Part shown: positions 53,013 through 64,000 of the stretch, piece after piece
Numbering within the stretch: position 1 is the stretch's first letter
Layout: the number at the start of each line of letters is the position of its first letter
Assembly (NCBI GenBank): GCA_965198065.1
Contig: CBDAON010000004.1
Span: forward strand, 1,344,001 to 1,408,000
Direction of reading: 5' to 3'
Source of the DNA: Longimicrobiales bacterium
Lineage (GTDB): Bacteria > Gemmatimonadota > Gemmatimonadetes > Longimicrobiales > Gaopeijiaceae
Length of the DNA stretch: 64,000 bases
The notes under the pieces: generated by a model
Seen by the model: the letters and a program-made list of their open reading frames with translations, nothing else
The model's database searches: none
What the model was told of the DNA's origin: nothing
Made by a program: the position numbers and the translations under genes

Positions 53013-54209
53013 TCACCACGGGTTTGATTGCGACGTGTGGACGTGGTCGGGCATCTTGTAGCTCAGCCCCTCACCGTCGAACACCGATATCTGGAGAAGC
53101 TGGGTGAAATTATCCGATCTGACCATCTTGTTGGTCCGCAACAATCGCAGAAAGCGCTGCTGCATCCGGTACTTGAACAGGGTCGCGAATTTGGGGTCCC
53201 GTGGAAAGTCGAAGCTGTCGGCGAGCTCGGTGCCGATGAGGCCGCGCGACAGACGGTAGGCCAAGCCCACCAATCTCTCCCGTTCAGCCGGGTCCTGTAT
53301 GCCCGCAACCTTTGGAATGGACTGGATCAACAAGTTGGCGACGGCTACGGAATCGGCATCCGCGGGCGGCTCGCACAGGTAGCCGATCTTGTACATCTTT
53401 TCCGCTTCCTCGGCGTTCGTATAGAGGATGGTTTCTGGTATCCCCATGAGGTAGCCGGCGTAGCGCCAGACGGCGAGAACGCTCTTCCTTTCATCCTTGC
53501 TGAATTTGGCGCCCAGCAACATCGAGTACTCCAGCAGCCGCTTCGAAAAGACGGAGATTGCGAAACCCAGGTGCGCCGCGCTCAACGGCGTCCCCCAGGC
53601 TTCGTGATTCCATTCATCCGACTTCGCCAGCAGGCCCCGTATACGGGTATGAACGAACCGAATGCGCGTGGACAGCTTCCACCCCTCGCTGCTTCTCTGC
53701 AGGCCGGCAGGAAAGAAGATCTCCAGCATGTGGCGGTTGTTCTGCTGGAGACGCCTTCTGGTGCTCGCCACTCGCCCGGTAATGCTGAAGGACTTGGCGA
53801 TGAGAGTTGAAAAGCCTTCCACCAGCACTCCCGTGACGAACGCGGCGAGCATCAGGTCCACGTTTTCGTGGAAGGCACGGACCCCGGGACGAAAACCTTC
53901 GTAGTAGAGCCACGGAGGCTCCCGGAAGTTCTTGAAGAAATCACGCACGGCACGCGGCGCGAGACGCAGAGCTTCCTCGTTCTGCTCTATGCCGGCCCCG
54001 ATGAACCGGTGCAGGTCGCCTGGAGACAACTCCGCCGAGAGCTCCTCCATGAGCGGGTCGAGCTCGGGGTCACCGATGGTGACGTGCTTGAGGTAGTTAT
54101 CGGCCAAGGCCTGATCGTAGAGACGGGCCTTTTCGTAGCCTTCGACGTACGCGGTGGGCATCTTTGGCGTGACGTTGCCGGTGACCGATGAGGAAACAAC
54201 AGGATTCAC
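53013..54209 (-). CDS. MpaB/DUF2236-family (Lcp-related) putative oxygenase
   Basis: GDPELD, PPW, RRL, RIRFVHTRIR, WGTPLS, WRYAGYLMGI pattern. Confidence 0.8.
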   Translation of the reverse strand: MNPVVSSSVTGNVTPKMPTAYVEGYEKARLYDQALADNYLKHVTIGDPELDPLMEELSAELSPGDLHRFIGAGIEQNEEALRLAPRAVRDFFKNFREPPWLYYEGFRPGVRAFHENVDLMLAAFVTGVLVEGFSTLIAKSFSITGRVASTRRRLQQNNRHMLEIFFPAGLQRSSEGWKLSTRIRFVHTRIRGLLAKSDEWNHEAWGTPLSAAHLGFAISVFSKRLLEYSMLLGAKFSKDERKSVLAVWRYAGYLMGIPETILYTNAEEAEKMYKIGYLCEPPADADSVAVANLLIQSIPKVAGIQDPAERERLVGLAYRLSRGLIGTELADSFDFPRDPKFATLFKYRMQQRFLRLLRTNKMVRSDNFTQLLQISVFDGEGLSYKMPDHVHTSQSNPW

Positions 54210-54331
54210 GAGGAACCCTCCTGTGGCAACCTAGTTGCGACGATGGACCCCACGCCTGAAGCCCAGATGCTAAAGGACGGGGGCACGGGCAACTGATGTC
54301 AAGGGGCTGCCCGCGGCAGACTAAAAATCAT

Positions 54332-54361
54332 AGGTTAGGCCAGTATGGTTCCCACTGTCAA
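54332..54361 (-). promoter_or_regulatory. Possible sigma70 promoter for the oxygenase
   Basis: TTGACA-18bp-TAACCT on the minus strand. Confidence 0.35.
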
Positions 54362-54598
54362 GCCTATAACCAGTCGTTGCGTAATCTCGTACAGCATATG
54401 AGCGGACACATCGCGGCTACGGACTCCGCGGCCAGACGCCAGCTGCGACGGCCAGCGGATCCAGAGGGTTCCGTAGCCCAGTATGGCACTAGCCCTCCTA
54501 ATCTTGACACAGGTGAGCCATCGGGGCATCCTCTGCCGTGAGGCTGGGGGCTAACTGCCGCCTGGGCCGAGTTGCCTAGTACTGTCAAGGAGGGAGCC

Positions 54599-55426
54599 AT
54601 GGCGCCCACATACATCGACGCACGACCGATGCTCCTGCTCTGCGGAATGTCTCTTGTCCTCGCAGTAGGGGTCGGCACGCCGGCTCCGGTCCGTGCCCAG
54701 AATCAGACACCTGAGGAAATCGGGCTGCAGATCGCGCAGGGCGCGCGCGTGCGCGAGGAAGGATTCGGCAACTTTGCGGCGCAGCAGGTGATGGTGTTGC
54801 GGAACAGGCAGGGGCAGGAGAGCCGGCGTCGGCTCCGGGTGCAGGTTCTTGAAGTGCCGGACGGGGGCAATAGGAGCCTCTTCGTATTCGATGAGCCGCG
54901 GGACGTACAGGGAACGGCGTTTCTGGTGCATGCCCAGCGTGAAGGCGCGGACGATCAGTGGCTCTACCTTCCCGCATTGAGGCGCGTCAAACGTATCAGC
55001 TCGGCGAACCAATCCGGCTCCTTCATGGGCAGCGAGTTTGCCTACGAAGACCTGACCCCGCAGGAAGTGGAGAGGTTCACGTACCGCCATCTGCGCGACG
55101 AGCCCTGCGGCGACCTGACCTGCACGGTCACGGAGCGCACACCTATGGACACCGGGTCAAGCTACCGACGCCAGGTGGTTTGGCGCGACACGGACGAGCT
55201 TCGCGTCTGGAAGATGGAATACTACGACCGCAAGGATGACCACCTGAAGACGCTCACCATGCGCGACTACACGCAGTACCTGGGTCGCTACTGGCGGGCC
55301 AGCGAAATGGAAATGGTGAATCACCTGACCGGCAAAAGCACACTATTGACCTGGACAGATTATGAGTTCCAGGCGGATCTCGACGACAGCGATTTCACAC
55401 AGACGGGACTGAGACGAGCGAGGTGA
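54599..55426 (+). CDS. Outer-membrane lipoprotein-sorting (LolA-like) protein
   Basis: FDEPRDVQGTAFL, DDQWLYLPALRRVKRIS, SFMGSEFAYED; good RBS. Confidence 0.9.
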   Translation: MAPTYIDARPMLLLCGMSLVLAVGVGTPAPVRAQNQTPEEIGLQIAQGARVREEGFGNFAAQQVMVLRNRQGQESRRRLRVQVLEVPDGGNRSLFVFDEPRDVQGTAFLVHAQREGADDQWLYLPALRRVKRISSANQSGSFMGSEFAYEDLTPQEVERFTYRHLRDEPCGDLTCTVTERTPMDTGSSYRRQVVWRDTDELRVWKMEYYDRKDDHLKTLTMRDYTQYLGRYWRASEMEMVNHLTGKSTLLTWTDYEFQADLDDSDFTQTGLRRAR

Positions 55427-56736
55427 CGCACGTCCAAGAGGCTCTCTCCGGGAGTCTCCCGGCCAGCGCCGCCTGGGCTCTGGCTTCCTTGTTCGCCGTG
55501 TTTGTCGTCCACGCCCATGCCGCCGCCGGCCTGCAGGCCCAAGAAGCCGATGCGCCGCCGATCGAGTACGAGATCTCGGGGCGCGTGAGCGCTGAAGGCC
55601 GTTGGTTCCCCCAGGAGGGGGCCTTCGATGGCCAGAAGTCACTCGCCGCGGGCTTTGTCACGGCGCTGAGGCTCGATTTAGAGAACGTCGTTGGCCAGAG
55701 TGTCGCGGTCGCCCCTTTCTTCCGCTACGACCACTCCGATCCACACCGAACGCACTTCGATCTGCACGAAGCGTATCTGCTGATGTTCGGCGACGTCGGT
55801 GCAAGCGGCTGGGAGCTGCGCATCGGTGCCGACCAGGTGTTCTGGGGCGTCACCGAATCGCAGCGTCTGGTCGACATCGTCAACCAAATCGACTTCGTCG
55901 AGCATCCGACCGGAGAAGCCAAGCTGGGGCAACCGATGGTGCACGCCACGTGGTTCGGCGACTGGGGCGCGTTCGAAGTATTCGGGATGCCATATCACCG
56001 CGCGCGGACGTTTCAAGGGCGTGAGGGCCGGCTGCGACTGCAGTTTGTCGTGGATGAGGAACGTATCGAGTACGAGAGAGGGGCCGGGCCGTGGCACCTG
56101 GATCTGGCCGCTCGCTACAGCCATAGCCTTGGGTTGCTCGATCTGGGTCTGAGCGTATTTGACGGCCTGAGTCGGGAGCCCTTTCTGGTGCCGGTGGGAA
56201 ATCCGGACGGAGTACTAGCCCTGCTCCAGCACTACGAGCAGATCCGCCAGTTCGGGCTCGACGCCCAGGTGACGTTTGGCTCCTGGATGCTGAAGCTGGA
56301 GGCAATTCAGCGTGCCGGTGCTCGAAATCTCTCCGGTGTACAGGAAGACTATTTCGCTGCCGTCGTGGGTGGCGAGTACGCGTTCTATTCGGTCTCCGGC
56401 TCCGCGGCCGATCTGAGCCTGCTCGGCGAATGGAACTACGACGGGCGGGGCCATAGCGCGACGCCGAGCCGTTCGCCCGACACGCTCGAAAACGATCTCT
56501 TCTTTGCCGCGCGCCTCGCACTCAACGATGTCCACAGCACCGCGATTACTGCCGGCTTTTTCACGGACGTGAGCCGGGCCACCCGTACGCTAGCGCTCGA
56601 ATTTGATCGGCGTCTTCTCGGCGAGTGGTCCCTGCGTGCGGAGGTCGTCACACTCCTTAGCGTCGACCCGGCGGATCTCCACTACCTGATGCGAAACGAC
56701 AGTTTCCTCGACCTTAGCCTTACCTACAACTTCTAG
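55423..56736 (+). CDS. Outer-membrane beta-barrel protein of MMPL/LolA-like clusters
   Basis: GTGA overlap with upstream gene, signal peptide, VFWGVTES..LVDIVNQ, C-terminal YNF. Confidence 0.75.
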   Translation: MTHVQEALSGSLPASAAWALASLFAVFVVHAHAAAGLQAQEADAPPIEYEISGRVSAEGRWFPQEGAFDGQKSLAAGFVTALRLDLENVVGQSVAVAPFFRYDHSDPHRTHFDLHEAYLLMFGDVGASGWELRIGADQVFWGVTESQRLVDIVNQIDFVEHPTGEAKLGQPMVHATWFGDWGAFEVFGMPYHRARTFQGREGRLRLQFVVDEERIEYERGAGPWHLDLAARYSHSLGLLDLGLSVFDGLSREPFLVPVGNPDGVLALLQHYEQIRQFGLDAQVTFGSWMLKLEAIQRAGARNLSGVQEDYFAAVVGGEYAFYSVSGSAADLSLLGEWNYDGRGHSATPSRSPDTLENDLFFAARLALNDVHSTAITAGFFTDVSRATRTLALEFDRRLLGEWSLRAEVVTLLSVDPADLHYLMRNDSFLDLSLTYNF

Positions 56737-56858
56737 AGAAGCCGGGGTGAAGGTCAAACAGGACGCCCGGGACGCTGCAATCGTGGCTGAAGCCTTGTAG
56801 GTCCCCGACCCCGGCAGGGTTGCCTACATCACCTAGACGACGGGAGCCAGGAAGTCCT

Positions 56859-59177
56859 TCATGGCTCCCGTCGATCGAAGGTGAGCAAGAGCGTAGGCAG
56901 CAGCAAGAAGTCGGTGGCTAGCGCCAGGATGATCGTCATTGCCACCAGAGTTCCGAGCGCCCAGCTCACCTCGAACCCAGACGAGGCGAACACCAAAAAA
57001 CCGGCCGAAATGACGGCGGTCGTCGTAAACAATGCATGCCCCACAGTTCGGAAGGCGAAGCGCACGGCCTCCGGCGGGGGAAGCCCTTCGCGCCGCCCCT
57101 TGGTGTACTTGCTCAAGAAATGGACGGTGTCGTCCACGACGATGCCGAAGACGACGGCGATGACCACCGAGGACGCAATACCCACATGGCCCACAAGATA
57201 ACCCCATAGCCCGAAACTCATGATGGCCGGTATGAAATTCGGAAGGAGGCTGATCAGGCCAGTCCAAACGCTTCTGAATATGAAGATCAGGATGAACGAA
57301 ATGAGCGCCATAGCGGCAATCGTGCCGCTGAGCATGCTGTTGATATTGCGCTGTGACAAGTGAGCGAACATGACGCTGATGCCCGAGGCCTCATTCGCTA
57401 ATTCCGGCGCGTTGGCTTGCAGCCAGTCCTGGGCGCGCGCGTCGAGCTCCCGTACCTCCCGAGACCATGCGTTGCCCATGGCGACGACCATACGCGTGGC
57501 CGACTTGCCGACATCGATGCGATCATTGAGATCACTTCCGAATGGCATGGACAGCTCATAGAGCAGCAGGTACTGCGCCGCCAGATCTCCGCTCTCGGGC
57601 AGGCGGTAGAATGCCGGATCGTCACCGTTCATGTTCCTGTTGAGGCGCTTCATGATGTCCGTGAACGACTGGACAAACGACACCTCAGGCTGTTCTCGGT
57701 ACCATTCCGCGAATGCATCGACCTGCCGAAGATACTCGGGATCCGTAATACCGCCTTCCTCTCCCGCGTCCAGCGAATATTCCAGCCTGTCGAGTCCTGT
57801 CAGATTTGCGGCGATGAAATCCGAATCGCGCCGAAACTGATACCGGTCGTCGAAGTACTGCGTCATGTTGTCGCTAAGTTCGATGCGCGCGACGCCGGTC
57901 GCCAGAACGACCACTGCCAGTGTTGTGGACCCAAGCAGAAGCGTGCGCCGGGCCACGACGATATCGGCTAAACGATCGAAGAAGCGTTCGAAGAGCACCG
58001 GCTCGCCGGCCGGAACGCGCGCGGAGCGCAGCGGCAGGCAAGCGAGCAACGCGGGCAGAAACGTCATCGTGTATGCAAGGGCGCAGAGCACCCCAAACGC
58101 CACGTAATTTCCTAGGACATGGAATGGCGGTGAGTCGGAGGCATTGAGGCTGAGGAATCCAATCGCGGTCGTAACGGAGGTAATGAAGATCGGGTAGGTA
58201 TTGATCTTGAACGACTCGATAATCGCAGTGAATTTGTCCAGTCCGCGCCGCATCCCCAGTAAGACAGTCGAGATGACGTGGATCGAATCCGCAACCGCTA
58301 TAACCATGACGATGATTGGCACGCCGACGTTGGTAGGGCTGAACACCACGCCCCGCCATCCGGCAAACCCCATGGTCGTGCTGACAACGAATAGGAGTAT
58401 GGCGACGACCGCCAACGTGGCGAACGCCGAGCGCAGCAGGAGAACCGTGGCGACGACGATGACGAGGAACACGATCGGCGTCAACGTCCGAATATCGTCG
58501 CGCGTAGCGTCCGAAAACGTTCGGTTCATCACGACGTCGCCGGTCGTGAAGTAGTCGATTTCGGGGTGGCTTGCGCGGGCTTCGTCCACGACCGCATTCA
58601 GATAGTCGGTGATTTCGGTCACCGCCTGATCGGGATTCTCGGGGAGGACGAAGTTGATCGCGACGCCTGCCACGCGCCCGTCGTAGGAGATCAGACGGCC
58701 GGCAATATCTATGGCGTTCCGCGCAATCGTCTCAATCCGAGCGAGGTCGGCATCACTCAGGCCGTCGGCATCTTCGACGAGCGGGGCGACGATAAGGTCG
58801 TCCTCACCGAAAGCCTCGCTGTGGCTGTAGTTGGTGAGCGAGTTGACACGGCTGGAGTACGGCGCCTGCCAAGCTGCGTCGGTTAGCTCCACGATCGCGC
58901 CGAGCGCCTCGCGCGTGAACACGGTGCCCTCCCTTGGTGCCACGGCGATCAGGGCGCGGTTGGAGACGGCGTAGGTGTTCTCTAGGGCGTCGAAAGCGAG
59001 AAGTTGCGGATTGTCCTCACTAAACAGAATCCGATAGTCATTCGTGATGGTAATGGAGGCAACACCGGCAGTCGCCGCCAACATGAGAGCCGTAGTAAGC
59101 GCCACAACCGGCCAGCGGTAGCAGAGCACGGCGGCGACATAGCGGTCCAGCCGCGAAGAGTTCATCGCCTCGGACAT
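56859..59177 (-). CDS. MMPL/RND-family lipid transporter
   Basis: Two-fold 12-TM organisation, VADSIH and GIVVDDTVH motifs. Confidence 0.92.
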   Translation of the reverse strand: MSEAMNSSRLDRYVAAVLCYRWPVVALTTALMLAATAGVASITITNDYRILFSEDNPQLLAFDALENTYAVSNRALIAVAPREGTVFTREALGAIVELTDAAWQAPYSSRVNSLTNYSHSEAFGEDDLIVAPLVEDADGLSDADLARIETIARNAIDIAGRLISYDGRVAGVAINFVLPENPDQAVTEITDYLNAVVDEARASHPEIDYFTTGDVVMNRTFSDATRDDIRTLTPIVFLVIVVATVLLLRSAFATLAVVAILLFVVSTTMGFAGWRGVVFSPTNVGVPIIVMVIAVADSIHVISTVLLGMRRGLDKFTAIIESFKINTYPIFITSVTTAIGFLSLNASDSPPFHVLGNYVAFGVLCALAYTMTFLPALLACLPLRSARVPAGEPVLFERFFDRLADIVVARRTLLLGSTTLAVVVLATGVARIELSDNMTQYFDDRYQFRRDSDFIAANLTGLDRLEYSLDAGEEGGITDPEYLRQVDAFAEWYREQPEVSFVQSFTDIMKRLNRNMNGDDPAFYRLPESGDLAAQYLLLYELSMPFGSDLNDRIDVGKSATRMVVAMGNAWSREVRELDARAQDWLQANAPELANEASGISVMFAHLSQRNINSMLSGTIAAMALISFILIFIFRSVWTGLISLLPNFIPAIMSFGLWGYLVGHVGIASSVVIAVVFGIVVDDTVHFLSKYTKGRREGLPPPEAVRFAFRTVGHALFTTTAVISAGFLVFASSGFEVSWALGTLVAMTIILALATDFLLLPTLLLTFDRREP

Positions 59178-59349
59178 ATTGGCATGGCCCAAGCATCAGT
59201 CGCGCGGAAGCCGATTGTCAAGGGCGACTCCTGACGATTCCACACATGGGTTGTTTCGCGCCTTTCTTTCGGATACTTCGCACAGCAGATTTGATCTCGG
59301 GCATGCACTTCTGCACGAGCTCTCTTTCGCCCCGCGGTATTTCGGGTCC

Positions 59350-59620
59350 TTATGTCGCATTCCTTCTGGGTGTCCGTTGATATGCCCCTGAACCAGGCTG
59401 CGGATGTTCTGGTAGTCGGGATTGGAGCTGTGGACTATCCTGATACCATGTCGCTAGTCCCTCCTCAAGATATGTGGCGTACTTCTCCATGATAGGATCT
59501 AGCAGATGGACGCACTCATGCGCGAGGTCCCATCCTGCTCGGCTATGGTCAGACCACTTGCTAACCCACACATCTACCTTACAGCCGTCCCTATCAAAAC
59601 CGTCAGGAGTCGTCCTGTTC
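59350..59620 (-). pseudogene. HExxH metallopeptidase fragment
   Basis: LAHECVHLLDP...LEEGLAT. Confidence 0.5.
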
Positions 59621-59918
59621 GGAGCGACGCTCGAAGCCCTTGATCCGTTGCCGCGGCAGGCACGGCACGCCGCTCGGCGACCGCCCCGCGCCCCGGCATG
59701 TGAAACCTGTCACTTCCGTGTGAGCGACGCCAAGTCGGCCGTGCCCGGGCCGACGTCCCGATCGAGCTCTAAGACCCTTGACGGGAACCTCTAGCGAGCG
59801 CTGTGCGGAGGGTGTCTGCCATGCCACTGGCGAAGCCATCCAGCCGCACGCTCTTGTTACTGGATATCTCTAGACACTACAATCATTTAGGAGATTTCCT
59901 ATGAGTTGACTTCCTTGC

Positions 59919-60835
59919 ATGCGGGTCTTCACCGTTGTGGCCATGGAGACGCGGAAGCAGCAGTTCAACTCGGCGGTGAGCGATGCGATCGTCCACCTCC
60001 AGGGACGCGAACAGGCGCTCGCGCCATTCGGCTGGACGGGAGAAAAGGCCGGGTGGATCGCGTTCGTCTGCCTCCACAGCGGCGCGTTCACCCACGCCCA
60101 GTGCGCGCGGTTCCTTGAAGCGCACCCCGAACAGGTGCGGCGCGTCGTCCACGCTCTGATTGCCCAGGGTCTGGCCGCCGAGGAGACCGTGCCCGGCATC
60201 CGAGGGATCGGCCGCGTGTGCCGCATCTTCTCCCGGCGGATCTACCGGGCGCTCGGAGCCGAGCACATCCGCCACCGCCGCGACGCCTCTCCAGAGGTGC
60301 TGATGCGGCGCCTGCTCTCGCTCGACTACGTGATCGAGCATCCCGGCTTGCAGTGGCTTGCCACCGAAGCCGAGAAGGTCGCCGCGCTCGAGGCCCTCGG
60401 CATCGAACGCGGGCTGCTGCCCGTCAGGCTGTACTGGGCAGCCGCCGGCACCACCCGGCGCTACTTCCCCGTCAATCTACCCATCGCGCTGGACGCCGAG
60501 CGCGCCGTCTTCGTCTACGTCGATCCGTCGAGGTTGTCGCGGTCGGTCGCACTTCGAGAGAGCTTGAGCGGGCGCGCCGAGTCATGCGCCACTGGGCCGA
60601 GCCCTCCGGCCCAGCCGAACTCGACCCCCAGGCTCGCAAGGAACTCGCCCGGATCGAGGAGGCCATTCTCTCGGGCGCGGTTCCGATCCTCGAGGAGTAC
60701 GGCGGTCTGCAGGCCGCCATGAAGCGCAGCGTGGCGCTGGAGAAGCAGGTCCGACGGCAGGCCGGTCGCGCGTCGATCCGCCGCGGTGCAGCACATGGCG
60801 GACCGCGCGCCTCGCCGGGGCTCGCTACCGATGAG
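59919..60835 (+). pseudogene. Mobile-element-associated hypothetical protein, frameshifted near 60530
   Basis: Coding-like ORF continuing in another frame (RELERARRVMRHW...). Confidence 0.5.
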
Positions 60836-61799
60836 CGGCGCGCGACTTACGGCCGCACTGGAGTGCGCAAACGACGCGGGGGTACGATTCACACTTTGGC
60901 CCTCCAGCTATTCACACGGAGCTTCCCGCGTATCCGCTGGCGCGGCAGTGTCTTACGCGTCCGGGGACCAGGCCGTCCGGCGCCGCGCGGGCGGCACCGG
61001 TCGTGGCGGTAGCCCCCCCAGTCCGAGGGCCTGGTACGGGCTCGGGGCGAGGTGTGGATTCACACCCCGCCCCCGCCCGCCAAGGGGTCGCTACCGGCCA
61101 ATTATCCCTGCGCGGGAAGGCGGTTTCAGCGCCGCTTCGAGGCGGCGGAGCACTTGGTCATCGACGGCCCGTCGGTCCGGCTGCTCGGCATCGCCGTGAA
61201 AGACCAAGACCCCGATGACCGTGGGCCGCAGCCGCGCCTGCAAGGATCGGGACGCGCCTGTCACGTCCCTCGCGGCCGCCTTCCTGCAAAGGACCGATGG
61301 ACCCGTAGCGACCCGCCGGGGAGGTCGGCATGGATGTCTCATGCCGAATCTACCCGGTGCCGCGCCAGGCATCGAAAGAGGTGGGTCGCTACGGTCACGG
61401 CCGCAAGCTCTGGCGCGCCACGGCTGCTCCGATGGCCATGGCGCAACCGAAACGCAGCCAGCGACATGCGGAATCGTGGGCGTGTCCACTGGAAGGGCGA
61501 TTCCGTGTCCCCCCACCCCCGATGTCGGATGGGCACCTCTGGCACGGCCCCGGACCCGGCCGAATCCGTGTTCAAGATCCGTTTCGGGGAGCCGCTCGCA
61601 ACGCCATGCTTGCCAATGCCATCGACGGTGACTCGGGGCGTGAGAACCGGAACGCTTTCCCCAACACGGGCGACCGCGAGGGATCAACAGATCGCCTGCA
61701 CGGACCTGCCATCGAAGGCACAAGCACCAGCCGAGGCCGCGACTGGTTCTCGCGCCACTCGATCTGGAACAGGCCGGGCGGAGAACCCCCGTCCGCGCG

Positions 61800-62880
61800 A
61801 ACTTTTCTTTCGCGCAGATCGTGCAGTCCATCACGGTCGCAGGCTCACAAGGTCGCTGAAGCACCGCGACTGGAGACGGGCGAAGCGGCAGGCGGACGAG
61901 TTCGCCGCTGGCTTCGCCGGGCCGGAGATCGAGGGCAAGGCGGAAGCCGAGTCCGAGCCGCTCACCCTGGAGACGCTTTTTGACATCTAGGTGAAGAGGT
62001 GACGCCGACCAAGGTGGAGCGGGTCCGGCACCGGGACAGGACCGCGACGAGGATGTTTCTCGACTTCCTCGGCCGGGACCGAAGACCGGAAACGCTCTCT
62101 CAGCGCGACTGGGACCGCTTCATCCGGGAGCGGCGGTCGGGCAGGGTCGGACCGAGCGGCAAGCCGGTGTCCAACCGGACCATCGAATGCGACTTGAAGT
62201 TCCTGCTCGCGGTCCTCAACTGGGCCGTCAAGTCCAAGGACGAGCAAGGCCGCCCGCTCTTGGCAGCGAATCCCTTGAGAGGCCTGAAGACACCCAAGGA
62301 GAAGAACCCAACCCGGGTCGTCCTTTCCGACGAGGAATACCGGGCACTACTCCAAGTGTCCCGACGAGTCGACTGGCGGTTCCAGGTCGCGCTTGTGCTC
62401 GCGCACGAGACGGGGCACCGCATCGGCGCCATCCGCCAGCTTCGGTGGTCCGACATCGACTTCGAAGAAAGAGTGGTGCTGTGGCGCGCCGAGCACGAGA
62501 AGACCGGGTTCGAACACCGGACGCCGGTGACCGCCGAGGCGGTCGCCGTGTTGGAAGAGGCACGGCAAATCAACCCCGGGAACGGGGACGCGCCGGTCCT
62601 GCCCGCGCCTTGGGATCCCTCGACGAGCTTCAGCCGCGCGCGGGCCTATGTCTGGTGGAACAGGGCCGAGCGGCTCGCGGGACTGAAGCGCATGCGAGGA
62701 AGAGGCTGGCACTCGCTCAGGCGGAAGTTTGCTTCCGATCTCATGGACCTGCCGCTTCAAGGTGCTCTGCGAACTCGGCGGCTGGAAGGAGGCCCAGACC
62801 GTGCTCCGGTGCTACCAGCAGGCCGACGAGGTACAACTCAGGAAGGCTCTGGAGAGCCGGCGCAAGGTTCGCGCGCCTGA
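61800..62880 (+). pseudogene. Tyrosine recombinase/integrase (non-P4 type) with two frameshifts
   Basis: ETGHRIGAI, EKT, WHSLRRKFA, LGGWK..T...CY; frameshifts near 61989 and 62757. Confidence 0.85.
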
Positions 62881-63178
62881 TCCAATCGGCGGGAGTCAAA
62901 CAGCGGGAATCCGCCCGCAGAATCCCGTAAGCTAAACGGTCACAATAAGATGTGAATCTGCGAGCGTCTGTTGCGTGGGCTGGCTTACGTACGTTACGTG
63001 CCTCCCGTGTACCGGACAAACTCGTCCACCGACGCTTGGAGCCGTGGGCCGTCAAGATCTCCATACCCGCACATTGAGGAGGCTGCTTTTTGCCGTGTCA
63101 ACAAGGGGAAATCAGCGGCCGATTCGCGTCGCCAGCCGCCTCATTCCGCCACGCCGAGTTGAGGGATGATCGACGAAA

Positions 63179-64000
63179 CTATGCGAGAAGCTCGCCATAG
63201 AGCGGGTAGAACCTGTGGATCTCGCGGTAATCCGCGAGCTCTTCTTTGGATAGCTCAAACGCTGTCGGGCGCCAACTTGGATTCCCCGGCATGTGTTGGT
63301 CGAGCAACAAACGCTCTCGACGTGTCAGCCGTGGTACTCGAATCCGATACGGGTCCTGTTGAACACCGCGTCGAAGGTACCACGCCTCCGACCAGTCGCA
63401 ATCGTCTATCCGCCGTTCCAGATCATGGTCTCCGATCATCCCGCCCAAGGTAACCATCTCGTGTCCGTCGGCATAAACAAACTTTGAACAGGGGGAGGAA
63501 TCTGGCACCGCGAGCCGCAAGCCCCCGTAGCGATTGCATTCGCAATGATCTCTAGGTTCGTTGCTGGGTACCGAGACCCAATACACCACTCTATACTGAA
63601 ATCAAACGGCAGAAACGCGCCCGCTTCCTCCCGCACATACTCCGCGCGCACCTCGGGGGTCTCCGCGCCACGTGGCGGCTCCACGTCCACCGTCACCAGC
63701 ATTAATGAACCCAGGCTCAGGTGATTGGCCGCAGCGCTGGCGTCGAGGAGCATATCATTTGTCAGTCGGTCGTCATAATCGAGCCAGAGGAGATGGCGAA
63801 AGATTCGAATCGAGATCAGGTATGACATCGCCGATCGGTCCCATCCGTATCTGGTACTCGACGCTAAGAAACCGCCGCAAACCGATAAGTTTGTACAGTA
63901 GGATAAAGTCGAAAAAAAAAATAAATGGATCCAAGCCCTGTGTACTGATAGTCGCGGATCGGTATTCCACCATCGATGACTGAGCCAGTAATACCAATCA
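63179..64000 (-). pseudogene. Putative O-methyltransferase-like gene, frameshifted, runs off the window end
   Basis: Y.GLGSIYF.DFIL, LWLDYD, FVYADGHEMVTLGG spread over several frames. Confidence 0.6.

Noticed and set aside
1..64000. CRISPR array, retron, DGR, group II intron, tRNA or rRNA
   Set aside because: No regularly spaced repeats, reverse transcriptase, cas gene or tRNA/rRNA-like sequence recognised by eye

Overview
GC-rich bacterial accessory region, a layered mobile-element graveyard with no rRNA, tRNA or CRISPR array seen. Gene content (Sel1 protein, TonB-dependent receptors with carboxypeptidase-like N-domain, BCCT, lipoproteins) suggests a Gram-negative, possibly Gemmatimonadota-like host-associated organism (inference only). 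Main structures: (1) an ICE-type virB2-virB3-virB4 operon whose virB4 is split by a 4.3-kb tyrosine-integrase element flanked by an 11-bp direct repeat; excision would restore the reading frame. (2) A 10-kb island (10111-20153) bounded by a 27-bp direct repeat that reads as the 3' end of another integrase gene. It carries a putative anti-phage cluster (TIR, Schlafen/AlbA_2, HEPN-like, AbiJ-NTD-TIR), part of which sits in integron-like attC cassettes with no integron integrase in the window. (3) Integrated plasmid remnants (parA, RHH, repA, yafQ-dinJ, xer-like). (4) IS-bracketed metabolic cargo (selO; TBDR-BCCT-bioA; ispH plus a squalene synthase stub). (5) A LOG / Tsx-like porin / multi-sensor PP2C / RsbW / RsbV signalling module. 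(6) An MpaB-family oxygenase with LolA-like, beta-barrel and MMPL genes. Many IS3, IS6, IS21, IS110, IS256 and IS1595 fragments are interspersed. Family calls come from motif recognition by eye, not database searches.
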